Assembly (NCBI RefSeq): GCF_030144855.1
Contig: NC_082710.1
Location: forward strand, 152,086,001-152,150,000
Length of the DNA stretch: 64,000 nt
Source of the DNA: Hypanus sabinus
Taxonomy: Eukaryota
Direction of reading: 5' to 3'
This document shows positions 1 to 12,682 of the stretch, one piece after another; within the stretch, counting starts at the first letter, position 1, and every line of letters starts with the position of its first letter. The notes under the pieces were generated by a model. The model had not been told where the DNA came from. It ran no database searches and worked only from the letters and a program-made list of their open reading frames with translations. Both the position numbers and the translations under genes were made by a program.

Positions 1-35
1 TTGAGTAGACAGAAGATTAAATTTAGTTTGAAGTT

Positions 36-941
36 TAGTTTGGAAAATGAAGTGGGTTTTCAAAGCTTGCAGGGAGATTTATGCTGGTTAGAAGAATGGG
101 CTGAACGTTGGCAGATGGAGTTTAATGCTGAGAAGTGTGAGGTTCTACATTTTGGCAGAAATAATCCAAATAGAACATACAGGGTAAATGGTAGGGCATT
201 GAGGAATGCAGAGGAACAGAGAGATCTAGGAATAACAGTGCATAGTTCCCTGAAGGTGGAGTCTCATTTAGATAGGGTGGTGAAGAAGGCTTTTGGAACG
301 CTGGCCTTTATAAATCAAAGCATTGAGTACAGAAGTTGGGATGTAATGTTAAAATTGTACAAGGCATTGGTAAGGCCAAATTTAGAATATTGTGTGCAGT
401 TCTGGTCACCGAATTATAGGAAAGATATCAATAAATTAGAGAGAGTGCAGAGACGATTTACTAGGATGTTACCTGGGTTTCAGCACTTAAGTTACAGAGA
501 AAGGTTGAACAAGTTAGGTCTCTATTCATTGGAGCGTAGAAGGTTGAGGGGGGATTTGATCAAGGTATTTAAAATTTTGAGAGGGATAGATAGAGTTGAC
601 ATGAATAGGCTGTTTCCATTGAGAGTAGGGGAGATTCAAACGAGAGGACATGATTTGAGAGTTAGGGGGCAGAAGTTTAAGGGAAACACGAGGGGGTATT
701 TCTTTACTCAGAGAGTGATAGCTGTGTGGAATGAGCTTCCTGTAGAAGTAGTAGAGGCCAGTTCAGTTGTATCATTTAAGGTAAAATTGGATAGGTATAT
801 GGACAGGAAAGGAGTGGAGGGTTATGGGCTGAGTGCGGGTAGGTGGGACTAGGTGAGATTAAGAGTTCGGCACGGACTAGGAGGGCTGAGATGGCCTGTT
901 TCCGTGCTGTGATTGTTATATGGCTATATGGTTATATGGTT
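36..941 (+). mobile_element. 5'-truncated CR1 LINE (RT C-terminus plus 3' UTR) nested in L1 ORF2
   Basis: WAERWQMEFNAEKC, LVRPNLEYCVQFWSP and LERVQRRFTRM motifs; stop at 852; TATATGG-type microsatellite tail ending at 941; L1 sequence resumes at 942. Confidence 0.95.
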
Positions 942-2829
942 CTACACGCTTCTTGTATAGTTCAGGATTCTTAGTTTGAGCATACAGTTGATCCAATTCT
1001 TTAATCTGATTAATGAGGTCTGATCGATCTGCACAGGACTTTCTATTGGATTTGCTGAATAGGAGATTATTTGACCCCTCAAATATGCTTTCATGACATC
1101 CCAGACAATCTGGGATGACACTTCAGGTGATAAATTGGTGTTAAAATAAAAGGTTATCTAATCCTTAATAAATTTTAGAAAATCATCATCCGATAATAAA
1201 GTGGAATCAAACCACCTGTGTTTATTCCTCTGAGGGAGACCAGGAAAGATTAAAGACAGAGTAATTGGGGCATGGTCAGAAATCAGTATACTCTGATAAT
1301 CACAAGAATAGACAAATGGAATGAGTTGGTTATCGAGTAAGAAATAGTCAATTCTAGTAAAGGTATGGTGAACATGTGAAAAAAAAAGAATAATCTCTCT
1401 CAGTAGGATGAAGGAAACGCCATATATCAGAGATAACATAATTGGAGAGAAATGATTGGATAGCTAAGGCAGATTTAGTAGGTGGTCTAGTAACAGAGGA
1501 CGATCGATCCAAATTAGGATCTAACCAATAATTGAAGTCACCACCCAGTATAAGAGAGTATGAGTTTAAGTCTGGTAATGAGGGAAAAAAACTTTCAAAA
1601 AAATTAACACCATCAAAATTGGGGGCATACAGGTTTGCTAATCAAAATTGGGAGCATACAGGTTTGCTAGTACAACTTTAGTATTATATAGTTTACCAGA
1701 AACAACAATAAAACAGCCATTTGTATCAGATATCTTATTATGGAGTCCAAAAGGAATATTTGAGTTAATAAGGATGGAGACCCTTCCACTAGCTTTGGCG
1801 GCGAAGGATGAATGAAAATGCTTACCCACCCACTTTGACAAAAGCTGGGTTTTATCAAAACAACGAATATGAGTTTCTTAAAGGAAAGCAATGTCAGCTT
1901 TGAGTTGTTTAAGATGTGAGAATATCTTCCTTCTTTTAACAGGATGAATCAATCCCTTTACATTCCAGCTCACAAATTTAAGTGTACTAGCCATTATCAA
2001 TTGTTAATGCATAGAAGGCAGCAGGCATATAAAAAGTCAAGCAGTACAGTAACAGTCTGCGAGCAAAAATGTAAACATAGATTCATAGAATCAAAACATA
2101 AACATGTCCTAAGTAACAAAGGAAAGCAAAAGAAACAGTGAGTGGTGTTAGAACTGGAGAATCCACTCCATCCTCGAAACCCAAAACTAGACGGCTACCA
2201 AAAAAAGCAGCTAGCTCTACCAAAAAAATTAACCCAAATATGACTTCCTGTTCTGTGTCATTAACAACAGTGCCGGATAAATACTATAGCAAATGGTAAC
2301 TAGTTTATGCACTAGAAAACATAATTACAAATAGGAACAACTTCAGCAGAAGTATAAAACTTATTACAAAGAAAATCAGAAGAAAACCAAAACTAACCTA
2401 CCCGCGAAAAATTATAGAAGATTAAAAGAAGAGAAAAAAAAGGGAGGGAGAAAAGGGGGAAATTTTAGATTTGAAGAGAGTACTTATCAACCATTTACAG
2501 AAAAAAAAAACTTAAACTGTGAATCAACCAACAGGGAGGCCTTCAATAAAAACTCCAAACCTCCAAAACAAGTTAGAGTCAATTGTAGAACTCTATAGAT
2601 AAAGTTATACACGAATAAAATAGTTTACACAAGTACAATCTAAACATCCACAGGGAAACATTAAACTCAGATTATCTATTTAAAAAAAATGCACCAAGTC
2701 CAGGGAGAGATTGTCTACAGCCCTTAGAGTTTCAACAGATAATGTCTGAGTTATTCAAGTAAAGTCTGAGTCCGGAAAAAATAATTTTCCTATGAGAGGT
2801 ACTTATCCACCATTTTAGAAAGTCCAACC

Positions 2830-3623
2830 AGGTTCCGAAGAAGACTGGATGGCCGGAAGACTTCCAACAAATGCCTCAGCCTCCTTCACTGATTTAAACC
2901 ACTTATTTTCTCCAGTAGTAAGTGTAATTCGGAGGTCGGCTGGATTTCAATGGCAGGGTCTAAGTCCACGATCAAAAAGCACTTTCATTACACCTTTGAA
3001 CTCAGCACGCATCTTCAGAACTTGGGAGGCAAAATCCTCCACAAAACTAATGACTGAATTTTGAAAAGCAAAAGTACCTCTGTGGCGTGCCTCCATAATC
3101 AAACGGTTTTTCACCTGGTATTGACGAAAGCACAAAATTACTGGTCGTGGGCTGGAACCCAGAATTGCACAGGGAACGTAGATCCTGTGTGCTCTTTCAA
3201 GCTCAGGTGAATTCAGAAAGAATTCTTTCCCAAAAATCTCACAGAGAAAATCGGAAAAAATTTTCACGAGAGGACCCTGTTCGGTGGCCTCTGGCAAACC
3301 AAGAATTCGTAGATTGCAACGTCTGCTCCAGTTTTCAAGATCCACCAGTTTGGAAAAAAAGTTTACAATTCTCCTCGAGACTGGAGCAGAAAGTTTCAAG
3401 GTATTGAACACGGCGTTTTAAATCTTCAGAAGTCGAGTCGAGATAAATTTTCGGCATGTTCGTCCACTCTAGTGTTGATCCAATCCAATTTAAAATCCAG
3501 CTGGTTGAAAGAAGTTCTAAATTCCTTTAAAATATCTTCTCGATGCTGTTCCAAAGCAGTGAGAATATCATTCCGCACAGCCATAGTTTCCTTTCTCCCG
3601 GTTTTAGTGCTTTTGGTAGACAT
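2830..3623 (-). pseudogene. L1 ORF1 (Transposase_22-like RNA-binding protein), frameshifted
   Basis: ORF pieces 3426-3623 and 2947-3411 contain the coiled-coil region, RRCNLRILGLPE and LERAHRI motifs typical of L1 ORF1p. The end coordinate is approximate. Confidence 0.8.
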
Positions 3624-3776
3624 TATAAGATAGATGTGTTCGCAGGCAAGTAAAAGAGACCGAATAAAATACCTAACTAAGGTATAAGAGTGGAGACATA
3701 TAGTGCAAAGATAGGGAGAATGATGGAGCACAAGCTTGGAGCCACTAAACAATAGCCATCTTACCTGAACTCCCCC

Positions 3777-4692
3777 TGAGACAGCACTCCTTGAAGATGT
3801 CCTGGGTATTTGGTAGGCTAGTATCCAAGATGGAGTTGACTAGGTTTAAAACCCTCTGCAGCTGCTTTTGGTCCTGTACACCAACCTATCCATACCATTT
3901 AGTGATGCAGCCTGTCAGAATGTTCTCCATAGTACATCTATAGAAGCTTTTGAGTGTATTTATTGACTTGCCAAATCTCTTGAAACTCATAATAAAGTAT
4001 TGGCACTGTCTTGCCCTCTTTATAAATACATTGATATGTTGGGATCAGCTTAAATCTTCAAAGATCTTGACACCCAAGAAATTGAAACTGCTCTCTCTCC
4101 ACTTCTGATTCCTGTATGAGAATTAGTATGTGTTCCTTTGACTTACCCTTCCGGAAGTCCACAATCAGCTCTATTGTCTTACTAACGTTGAGTGCCAGTT
4201 TGTTGCTACAGCACCACTCCACTAGTTGGCATATCTCACTCCTGTACACCCTCTCGTCACAGCCTAAGATTCTAGCAAAAATGGTTGTATTAAATTTATA
4301 GATTGTATTTGAGTTATGCCTAGCCACAAAGTTATGTGTATATACAGAGTAGTACAGTGGGCTTAGCACACACCCCTGATGAGCACCTGTATTGATAGTC
4401 AGCGAGGAGAAGATGTTATCATCAATCTATATAGATTGTGGTCTTCTGGTTAGGAAGCCAAGGATCCAATTGCAGAGGAAGGTATAGAGGCCCAGGTTTG
4501 GTAAGTTCTAAATCAGGATTTTGGGAAGGATGGTATTTGATGGTGTGGTATAGTTGATGAACAGCATCCTGACATAGGTGTTTGTGTTGTCCAGGTGAGC
4601 TAAAGCTGTGCAAACAGCCATTGAGATTGCATCTGCCATTGACCAATTGTGACGATAAGCAAATTGCAATGGGTCCAGGTCCTTGCTGAGCA
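3777..4692 (-). mobile_element. Rex1/Babar-type LINE RT fragment (copy in duplicated block 1), cut by the L1 insertion
   Basis: LDPLQFAYR, SPLYYSVYTHNFVARHNSNTIYKF and LALNVSKTIELIVDFRK motifs; homologous to 33388-34280. Confidence 0.85.
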
Positions 4693-7554
4693 TTTAAACG
4701 TATCCTATATCCCAATAAATAGTTAAATCTCAGTTTTAGAGTGACTAAATTGGTGAGGCATTCTCATCACTATTTAAATATTTGATATATCTTTGTAACA
4801 GCTTTTATTTTCTCTTTCAGGATCTTAATTCCATTCTTCGGCAGACAAGTGCTTTGTTTGACCATATTTGGGTAAGAATTATTTGTCCTTTACATCATTG
4901 TCTGTGGCAGGGCATACGAAGTGAATGAATACTCCAAAGCAAACCAGAAACTGCTTGAAGAATTCAGCAGACCAAGCAGAAGGAAGCAGGTTCAACAACT
5001 CAGGTAAATGGCCCTTCATAAAAACTGGAACGGATTAGGAAAATTTCTCTTTGTCTCTCCAAGGATGTTGCCTGTCCTTTAATGGGTTTCAGCATGTTTT
5101 GCATTTTTGTTACAGCACAGCACAGAAGGAAGTTCACCATCTGCATTGTCTCTCTGCCAGAGCAACTCGCTAGTTCCACCTACTGGCTGTTTATCCTTGT
5201 GCCCCTCGAAGGCCGCAGCAAAAGATGCCTTTATCACATCTGTTCCAGATTCCAACCACATGCCATCTATAAGAGAAGTTGAATAACTTTTCCTTCTGCC
5301 ATCCTTAGTTCTTTTCCACTTTGTTTTATATCTGTGACTCTCCATCTTCAACCCCACAATGAACATATCTGCCACTTGGCATCAACTCTGTCCAGACACC
5401 TCATAATTTCATATATTTCCATTGAAACTCCACTCAGCCTTCTTTTCAGAGAAAAAAAATGGTCTATTGTCACATTACATAATTTCTGCATTTCTGAAAC
5501 ACAAGGGACTGCAGAATATAGAATCTGCAGCAACAGACATACAGCTCGTGGAACTCAATGTAAAGCAGTATTTTTGAGATAAAAGGACATTGATAATTTG
5601 GTCAAAGCCCTGCATCAGGTTATTGATCCTGAACCTTGGTCTGGATGCAAGGTTCCAGCCAAAGTATGGACACTTCCTGTCCTCCAACAAATGATGCTCA
5701 ACCACCTGATTTCCTCCAGCTGATTCGTCCTTCCTGAGAATTGCCATAAGCCAGTTTCTCTGCAAGGAAGAAATATTTATTTTCTATATCTTCCCATATT
5801 GTATTGCTGTGTAAACTTTCAGAAATCTGTATATTAATGGGAAATAGTAAAACTGCTCAGCCAGTAAAAGTTGATAACTAATAACAGTTCCTTGCAGTAA
5901 AGCATTATGTACACGACATCTGTTATGTATTTACATTTCCTCTTTTTATTGTTCTCATTTCCAAATCCACATTTTCAGCTCTTTGCAAAGTTACTTTGTT
6001 GGACAGTGATGCGAGGCATTATTTTCTGTCCATTTTTCCTATTGTGAATATTTCTTCCTTAAATTGTACTGCCTAAATGTTGGAGAATTCTGTGTAGGGT
6101 CTGTGAGCATCCCAACAACGTTTTGAGGTGAAGAATGTAGAAATTTAGTGCTGATGTACTGATGCCCTGAGTAACCTTTATAACGCTCAACCATTTTTAG
6201 CATCTCAGTGATATTTTTTATTTCAAATGCAGGTGTTCTAATCTGCATTTCAACAAGCCCCAGAGAGGTCTTGCTGATCTCAGCCAAGGTGCTAAAAGTG
6301 GCCCTTTTCAGTACAACATGTGGAAGCGGATGCTGAAGATGATTGATCCAGGTGAAAAAAAATATTTTGTAGTATTGATGAGGGATTATGCAATTGAGAT
6401 AATGGATGGGATTTTGGTGGAAGAATTAAATAATAGGCAGAGGTATGACTGACTAAGCCAAAGTACCTACACAGGCCCTTTGACCAACAATGTTTGTGTC
6501 ATGCATGATGCCAATCCTAATGAATCTGATCTGCTTGCACATGGTCAGACTCCCCCCATACCCTGCCTGCACAGCATCTGCCTAAATGCTTCTTAACTTT
6601 CTGCTACTATTACTGCTTCCACCAGCTGCGCTGACAGCACATTCCAGACACCAGATTCTGCCTGTGTGAAAAACACTGGCTATGTAAATCCCCTTTAAAT
6701 TTTTCCCCTTAATTTATAATTATGCCAACTAATATTTGGCATTTCTCTCCTGGGAAATAGGCTCTAAATGTCTACCCTATCTATGCCTCTAATAACTTTG
6801 ATAGCTCACCTCTCAGTTTCCAGCTCTGCAGAGAAAACAAACCTAGTTTTTCTGTTTTCTCTTTCATAGCAAATGCTTCTAATACAGGTGACTTCCTCAT
6901 GGCACTGGGAGTAATCCAGAGATGACTATCTTTGAGGTCCTGCTTTTTAACCTCCTACTTGACTTACTTTGAATGTTCTGCAACCACTTTGAGTTATCCT
7001 TAATCCTGGCTTAATCAAGAAAGGTAACACACGATTCTGGAAGCCCTTCTGCTGTGGCGGCCACAGAATCTTGAATCTGCCACCCTGTCCATCGAGTCTC
7101 CTCCAGTCTGCCTTCTCCTTTCCCCACTGAACCTCAGAGCTAGTCTGATGTCACAGATCTGGCTCTGATTTTGTTTTCTCTTGAGCAGTTATTTCTCATC
7201 CCCACTGCTCAACAGTATCTAAAATAGTATACTTGTGTTTGAGGGGAGTGGCCACAGGGGAATCTTGCACTACCTGTCTATGCTTTTTATCTTTCCTGAT
7301 TGGTCATAGAGTTGTGGGTGAAGAACGAGCTGCCAGTGGAAGCATTGATGTGGCTTTGATTGCAATATTTAGGATAAGTTTGAGTAAGTGCAGGGATGTG
7401 GAGAGGGAATAGAGGGCTATGATTCAGGTGCATAGATGGGACTAAGCAGAATAACAGTTTAGCATGAACTAGGTGGTCGAAAGGTCTGTTTCTGTGGTGT
7501 GGTGTTGTCTGATCCAATTACCTGAATCCGGCACCTTACACATAAAACATATAT

Positions 7555-8150
7555 AGTACAGCACAGTGTGGGCCCTTCAGCCAATGATGTTATGTCAGCC
7601 TATTTAAACATGCTCCTTCTGAATTATGTGGGAGGGCAGGTAACCACTCTAACACTTCTCTCCCACACAGCTCATTAAATTCCATATGTCTATCTTTTAA
7701 ATATCCTTAATGTACCACCCTCAACCATCATCCCTGGCAGAACATCCCATGCACTACTCCGTACAAAAAAAAACTATTTCTGACATCTTCCCTCAAATTT
7801 CATGCACTCGCTTTGAAAGAATGTCATCAGGTATTAGCTGTTGATGCCCTGGGAGAAAGGTGTGGGCTGTCCCCTCTATCTGTACCTCTTATAACCTTAT
7901 AGACTACACCTCTATCAAGTCACCTCCTATCCTCCACTTTAAATTTAAAAAGTCCTAGCTCGATCAAACTTTCCACATAAGACCTGTTCTCGAGTGTAGG
8001 CAGCATGTAGATAAAACATATCTAAAGCTTGCACACGTTCCTATAATGAGGTGACCAGAAATGATCACAATATTCTAAGTGTGGTCTAACCAGACGTTCA
8101 TAGAGCTGCAACATTATCTTGTAGCTGGTGAACTCAATCTCCCATCTAAT
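7555..8150 (-). mobile_element. CR1 3' RT fragment, degenerate (paralogous copy at about 37400-37950)
   Basis: LYERLVRPHLEYCDHFWSPHYR in the 8022-8252 translation, plus CR1-like 3' UTR sequence. Confidence 0.75.
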
Positions 8151-8194
8151 GAATGGTAGTACACAATACACCTTCTGAACTTGTGTGGCAACAT

Positions 8195-8410
8195 TGACAA
8201 TGACAAGGTTTATACCCACATCAATGATACTCCTTTTTGACACTGTCAGCATCCCTGATGATTTTCAGTTTTTCGATGCAGTTGGTGAACAGCTACAGGT
8301 GTATGCAGTTCCCACAGATAATGTCGTCAGGGACAATGGACATTTTCTTGATCTCCCACATCCTGCAAGAGATGCAAGCCACTGCCATACTGGTGAAGAG
8401 CTGGGGAGTA
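8195..8410 (-). mobile_element. CR1 ORF1 N-terminal Cys-rich fragment (paralogous copy at about 38130-38330)
   Basis: The minus strand reads VACISCRMWEIKKMSIVPDDIICGNCIHL*LF, the C-x2-C-x-MW...PD...C-x2-C-x2-LQL pattern of CR1 ORF1. Confidence 0.65.
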
Positions 8411-9200
8411 CTTTTGAGACTAGGCAGGGAAAGGTGAACAGACAGAGAAAATGTTTTTATGATGGTTTGAGTAGTATTGAATTACACAAGGGAAGCACTG
8501 CTCGTGGTGTAGTTAAAAGCATGCATACGAAACAGAAAATACTGAAAACACTCAGACTGTCAGGCAGCATCATTAGAGAGAAAAGAAACCAATCAACACT
8601 CCAGTTTGGAACTGAAAAAGAGAGAAATTGTTTCATCTAGTATTTTCTGTTTCTATTTCAGATTTCCAGCATCAGTAGTTTTTTACTTAATTTAATTAAC
8701 TGTTCTGGTATTATCTAAGCAGCCACCGAATGTTACCAAAATGTTTGTTGTCAACTTGTATCAGTTGTCCTCATTGGAATACTTACATTTGTCTTGCTTA
8801 GTTCCATTTGCTCTGAAGCTGAATCCCAATACAGCACATCCAAAACTTGTCCTTTCCAGTGACCAGACAACTATGAGACTCGGTGATAAGCAGATGTTCC
8901 CTGACAAAGCAGAGTGATTCACAAGTTGGCATGGTGTTTTGGCCCTGTAGAGCTTCAGAACAGGGAGGGACTATTGGGAACTGGAAGTAGGAAAGAACAG
9001 CATGTTGAGCGTGGGCATGGTGAAGGAGTCTGTGCCAAGGAAACAGGAATTCAAACATGAGCCTAAAGCTGGAGTCTGGGCCTTGTGGTGCCTGGTAGAG
9101 GAATACACCACTATGATTTCACCTCGTACTGCACTCCCCGTGAAAGTAATGCACAGCAGGCTGGGAGTTTACCTGGACTATGAAGCAGGTCAACTATCAC

Positions 9201-9811
9201 TGTTGTCACATCTATAAAAGTCACTTTAGTTCATTCAGGCTGCAGCCTTTGGTTGGAGAAAGACAGATGTTTAATCTTGCCAGCTTTTCCTTTTTAAGAT
9301 GTCGATCCTTCGAGAGTTCCGTTTTTTGTAATCGGTCCTTTTAGCTAAGCCGTTCCGTGGACGCCCGCCAATTCCTAGGCCAAGGAAAAGGACGCACGTG
9401 AGCCCCACCGGCTGTCACTATTAAACGCTGTCACGGGATTTCAGCGTTCCTGCTGGTGCGTCTCAAGGGGCCATTCCCCAGACCCTCTTTTATCCCCACT
9501 CACGGGGTCTCAGATGTCAATCAGGTTGGAATAATGCCATCCCCCAACTAGCCCACGTTGTCCATTCCCTGAGAGCTTCCACGAAGCACAGTACTCAATA
9601 CAGAACTCCATCTTCTAGAGACAATGGCCGCTTCCCATGGCTTTGTATCGCTGAGGGGCCAGGACATTCCAAACCCCTTTGTGGATTGTGCATGTCTTTC
9701 TCTCATTTCCTGGGTCTCCTGACCCAAATCAATAGTGATCCTGCATTTCTCAAAAAGGAGGGGGCCACTCTGCACCCCTCGGCCCCTTAGAGTTGGGGCA
9801 CGGGCGTAACA
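9201..9811 (-). repeat. 3' LTR remnant of the Gmr1-like element (about 215 bp missing at the distal end)
   Basis: Aligns by eye with 13461-14075; preceded on the minus strand by the polypurine tract AAGAAAGGGGG. Confidence 0.9.
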
Positions 9812-10161
9812 CCCCCTTTCTTCAACGCATTTTTATCATCGGTAAAAACAAAGTAATACAGAGTCTTACAGGATTTTAGAATCTAACACAATACAAAAGT
9901 TGTTTTTTTTTCACTACAGAGTAATACAGTTATACATTCAATTCAGCATCTAGATAGTTACCGATTACATTGTCACTTCTGTTAATATCTTAACATCGTG
10001 TACCTTACTAAAGTCTTGTAGCATCAGACTCCAATTTAATAACCACCTATTTTAATTTCTTATTTTCTTTAGCAAACAAAACTAAAGAGTTGTCTTTATT
10101 ATTCACATGCTTTGTCGAAATCCCTTAAAACCGGCTTCTGCCATTTAAAAATGGTGTCCCA

Positions 10162-11208
10162 TTAACCCTCACCTCTTTTCCGGTTAATTCCCACGTGGGG
10201 AGCTTGTGCACCCTGGCGAAATAGGCTTTCACCTGCTCCTTTCATAGGAGTTATTTCACCAACAATGTGTTCCAAACATAGACCATTTTCCAAATTTCCA
10301 CACAATTCTTTAATTTTACACAAGTTGCTAGTTTTCTCTTCAGGACCCTTCAGGCGATTAGGTCTCAACGCCAGTGATCCCTCTTTGTTCAAACAGCATT
10401 TCGAATTCTGCGGTTTCACACCACACTCTGGAATAACAATAGCGTGTGGGGCCCCTTTACCTTCCAACTCAATCTGTAAATGAGTCATAGGCTTTGTGGT
10501 ACCAAGCCACTGTCTCTGTAGCCTGGTAGCTGCTTCTGATATCAGTCCAGTCTTTACATTTTCTTCATTCAATTTGGAAACTACACTTTTCCCTTTTCCT
10601 TCAATAATAATATTCACCTCACTAGCTTTTAATACACCTTCGAGCACAAACACCTGGGAACTCTCACTTCCCACTATCACCAAGGTTAACCCTTTCTTCA
10701 CTGAACCAAGTCCATCTGACACACAAGGAATGCATTCCTTTTCAACTGAATCAAATACCTCAGACTTTTTCTGAGCTCCATTACTAGCTTCAGTACCATG
10801 TGCATCCACATCTTGGACACTCTCAAATGGGACTTTTGCCTCTTCCAGGCTTTCAATACCCGTACCCTTTTCAAATTCAAAATTCCACTGATCCTCCCAG
10901 CTACTCTCTGGGCAACTCCCTTCTGGAGTAAACTCAACCCCGCGGGCTGAAACAACCTCATCTGCCAACCCAGCAGACTTCTTCAAGGTAATGGCATCCT
11001 TTTCATCTAGGAGTGCCCTCATTTCATTATCAGGAACACCTTTAGAATTTTCAACTTCTTCAAACAGTTCTGCCAAACCAGACAGATCATCCATGTCCAA
11101 CTCTGGACCATTTAACAGCTCTTTCTGTTTCTCATCTTTACGTCGTGCCTCTATAAATTTTCTCCTCGCTAAGGGCAGTACTACCTCCTCTCCCTTACTC
11201 TCTTTCAC
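10162..11208 (-). CDS. 348-aa open ORF inside the LTR element (ORFx), probably once fused in frame to gag-protease
   Basis: 1047 bp with no stops. The same frame stays open upstream to about 11290 (FNQASIDPAEAFLPTLY), where one frameshift separates it from the protease frame. No integrase (HHCC/DDE) or RT (YxDD) motifs. Confidence 0.6.
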   Translation of the reverse strand: MKESKGEEVVLPLARRKFIEARRKDEKQKELLNGPELDMDDLSGLAELFEEVENSKGVPDNEMRALLDEKDAITLKKSAGLADEVVSARGVEFTPEGSCPESSWEDQWNFEFEKGTGIESLEEAKVPFESVQDVDAHGTEASNGAQKKSEVFDSVEKECIPCVSDGLGSVKKGLTLVIVGSESSQVFVLEGVLKASEVNIIIEGKGKSVVSKLNEENVKTGLISEAATRLQRQWLGTTKPMTHLQIELEGKGAPHAIVIPECGVKPQNSKCCLNKEGSLALRPNRLKGPEEKTSNLCKIKELCGNLENGLCLEHIVGEITPMKGAGESLFRQGAQAPHVGINRKRGEG

Positions 11209-12639
11209 TTTCCTATTCTCCGTTTTCCCACCCTCTTGGTACAGGGTCGGTAAAAACGCCTCGGCCGGATCAATACTGGCCTGATTAAACTGCTCTCTGT
11301 CTCAGCTGCCTTTCTCGACATGCTGCGAGTGACTGCGCATGCGGGATAGATCTTGGAATCTCGGGGCGGGACCTCAACACTCACAGGCCGGCTCGTCAGC
11401 TTCATTGCTGCCCAACCCTTACCACCGGCTAAATTGTTACCAAGAAGGACGTCCGCGTCAGTTCTCGGGAATTCTGATCGCACCCCCATTTCAACTGGTC
11501 CAGATACCAGCTCACAATTCATAATGATCCTATGTAAGGGCACCGTTTCCGTCCCTTTTCCTATTCCTTTCAAATCTACCATTCCCGTCTTGCGACCAAA
11601 ATCCAGTACCTTACTGCTAATCAATGACAGTTCAGCCCCCGTGTCTCTCCAGATCCGCACTGGAACTGGTGTGTCTCCCTCTCTTCCAGACATGGTTCCG
11701 TTTGACATCCAAGTCTCAGACCCTTCTCGTACTCTGTCTACCTGGGGCTCTCTGGTCAATTTACTGATTACCACGGCACATCCTATAGGGACAGCTGCTT
11801 TCCCTTTTCCTGTATCTTTCCTCGGAGCAAAGCACCTAGATGCAATATGTCCCCCCCTTTCCACAATTAAAACAGGTCAAGCCCGGAAAACTCTGGCCGT
11901 CTTGCCTTTCCCCCTCAATCTTACCACTAGCCCCCAGCGGAACCTCTGCCTCTATTGTTCCCACGGTCTCTCTGGCAACTTTTATTCGAGGAAAACTTTG
12001 TCTTGTGGGTTACAGCATATTCATCTGCGAACCTTGCAAATTCGGAAATGGACTTATTTGGCTTCTCATTCAAATACATCCAGACATCCTCTGAAACACA
12101 ACCTTTAAATTCCTCAATCAGAATTAACTCCCTGAGACTCCAAAAATCCTCTTCCACTATTTCTGCTGTGCACCAACGGTCCAAGAGCACACCCTTCTCA
12201 TAGGCAAACTCGGTATACGTCTGATTCCACCCTTTCTTTAAATTTCTGAACTTTTGTCCAAACGCTTCAGGTACCAATTCGTAAGTCCGGAGAATGGCCG
12301 CTTTTACTTTGTCATAACTCTCCGCCTCTTCCTCCTCCATGGACAACGCCATATATGCTCATTGTGCCTTCCCTTTTAACACACTTTGTAACAACGCCAC
12401 CCAATACTCTTTGGGTCATTTATGATTCACTGCCACCTTTTCAAAAAGCAAGAAATAACTATCAACATCCGTCTCCTCGAATGGAGGTACCAACCTCAAC
12501 TCCCGAATAACATTAAACCGCTCCTCTCGGTCTGACCCCTGAGCTCTTCCCTCTTGCCTTAACTTCTCAATCTCCAAGTCATGTTGCCTCTGTTTCTCTG
12601 CCTCCCTCTCCTTCTTGGCTCTTTCCTTTTCTTTCTCAG

Positions 12640-12682
<43 letters not shown>

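Larger units (their letters stand above)
1..3776 (-). mobile_element. L1 (LINE-1 clade) retrotransposon with intact 5' end, degenerate ORF1 and 5' part of ORF2; interrupted by a CR1 at 36-941 and running off the window start
   Basis: 5' end GGGGGAGTTCAGGTAAGATGGC near 3776. ORF1 starts MSTKSTKTGRKE (ATG 3623) and contains DLENWSRRCNLRILGLPE. ORF2 APE endonuclease starts MASTLKFVSWNVKGL (ATG 1994) with ETH, RIDYFL and SDHAP motifs. ORF2 reads ...ELYKKRVE|LQTKFNLLSTQ across the CR1 insertion (942 joined to 35). Confidence 0.9.
4821..9199 (+). pseudogene. TRIM (TRIM39/A33-like) pseudogene copy 1: linker mini-exon at 4821, 119-bp exon 6233-6351, B30.2/PRY-SPRY exon 8802-9199 (truncated)
   Basis: Canonical AG/GT around 6233-6351 encoding CSNLHFNKPQRGLADLSQGAKSGPFQYNMWKRMLKMIDP. 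It splices in frame (phase 1) to VPFALKLNPNTAHPKLVLSSD...E*F...VLAL*SFRTGRDYWELEVGK...SVPRK...GVW...LGVYLDYEAGQLS. In-frame stops at 8915-8917 and 8948-8950. The exon is cut by an LTR at about 9200. Confidence 0.9.

Noticed and set aside
8185-8640. 151-aa plus-strand ORF
   Set aside because: It is an antisense shadow of a CR1 ORF1 fragment plus short repeats; the paralogous block does not keep it open.
11353-12108. 251-aa plus-strand ORF in the LTR element
   Set aside because: It is an antisense shadow of gag/protease with no independent features.
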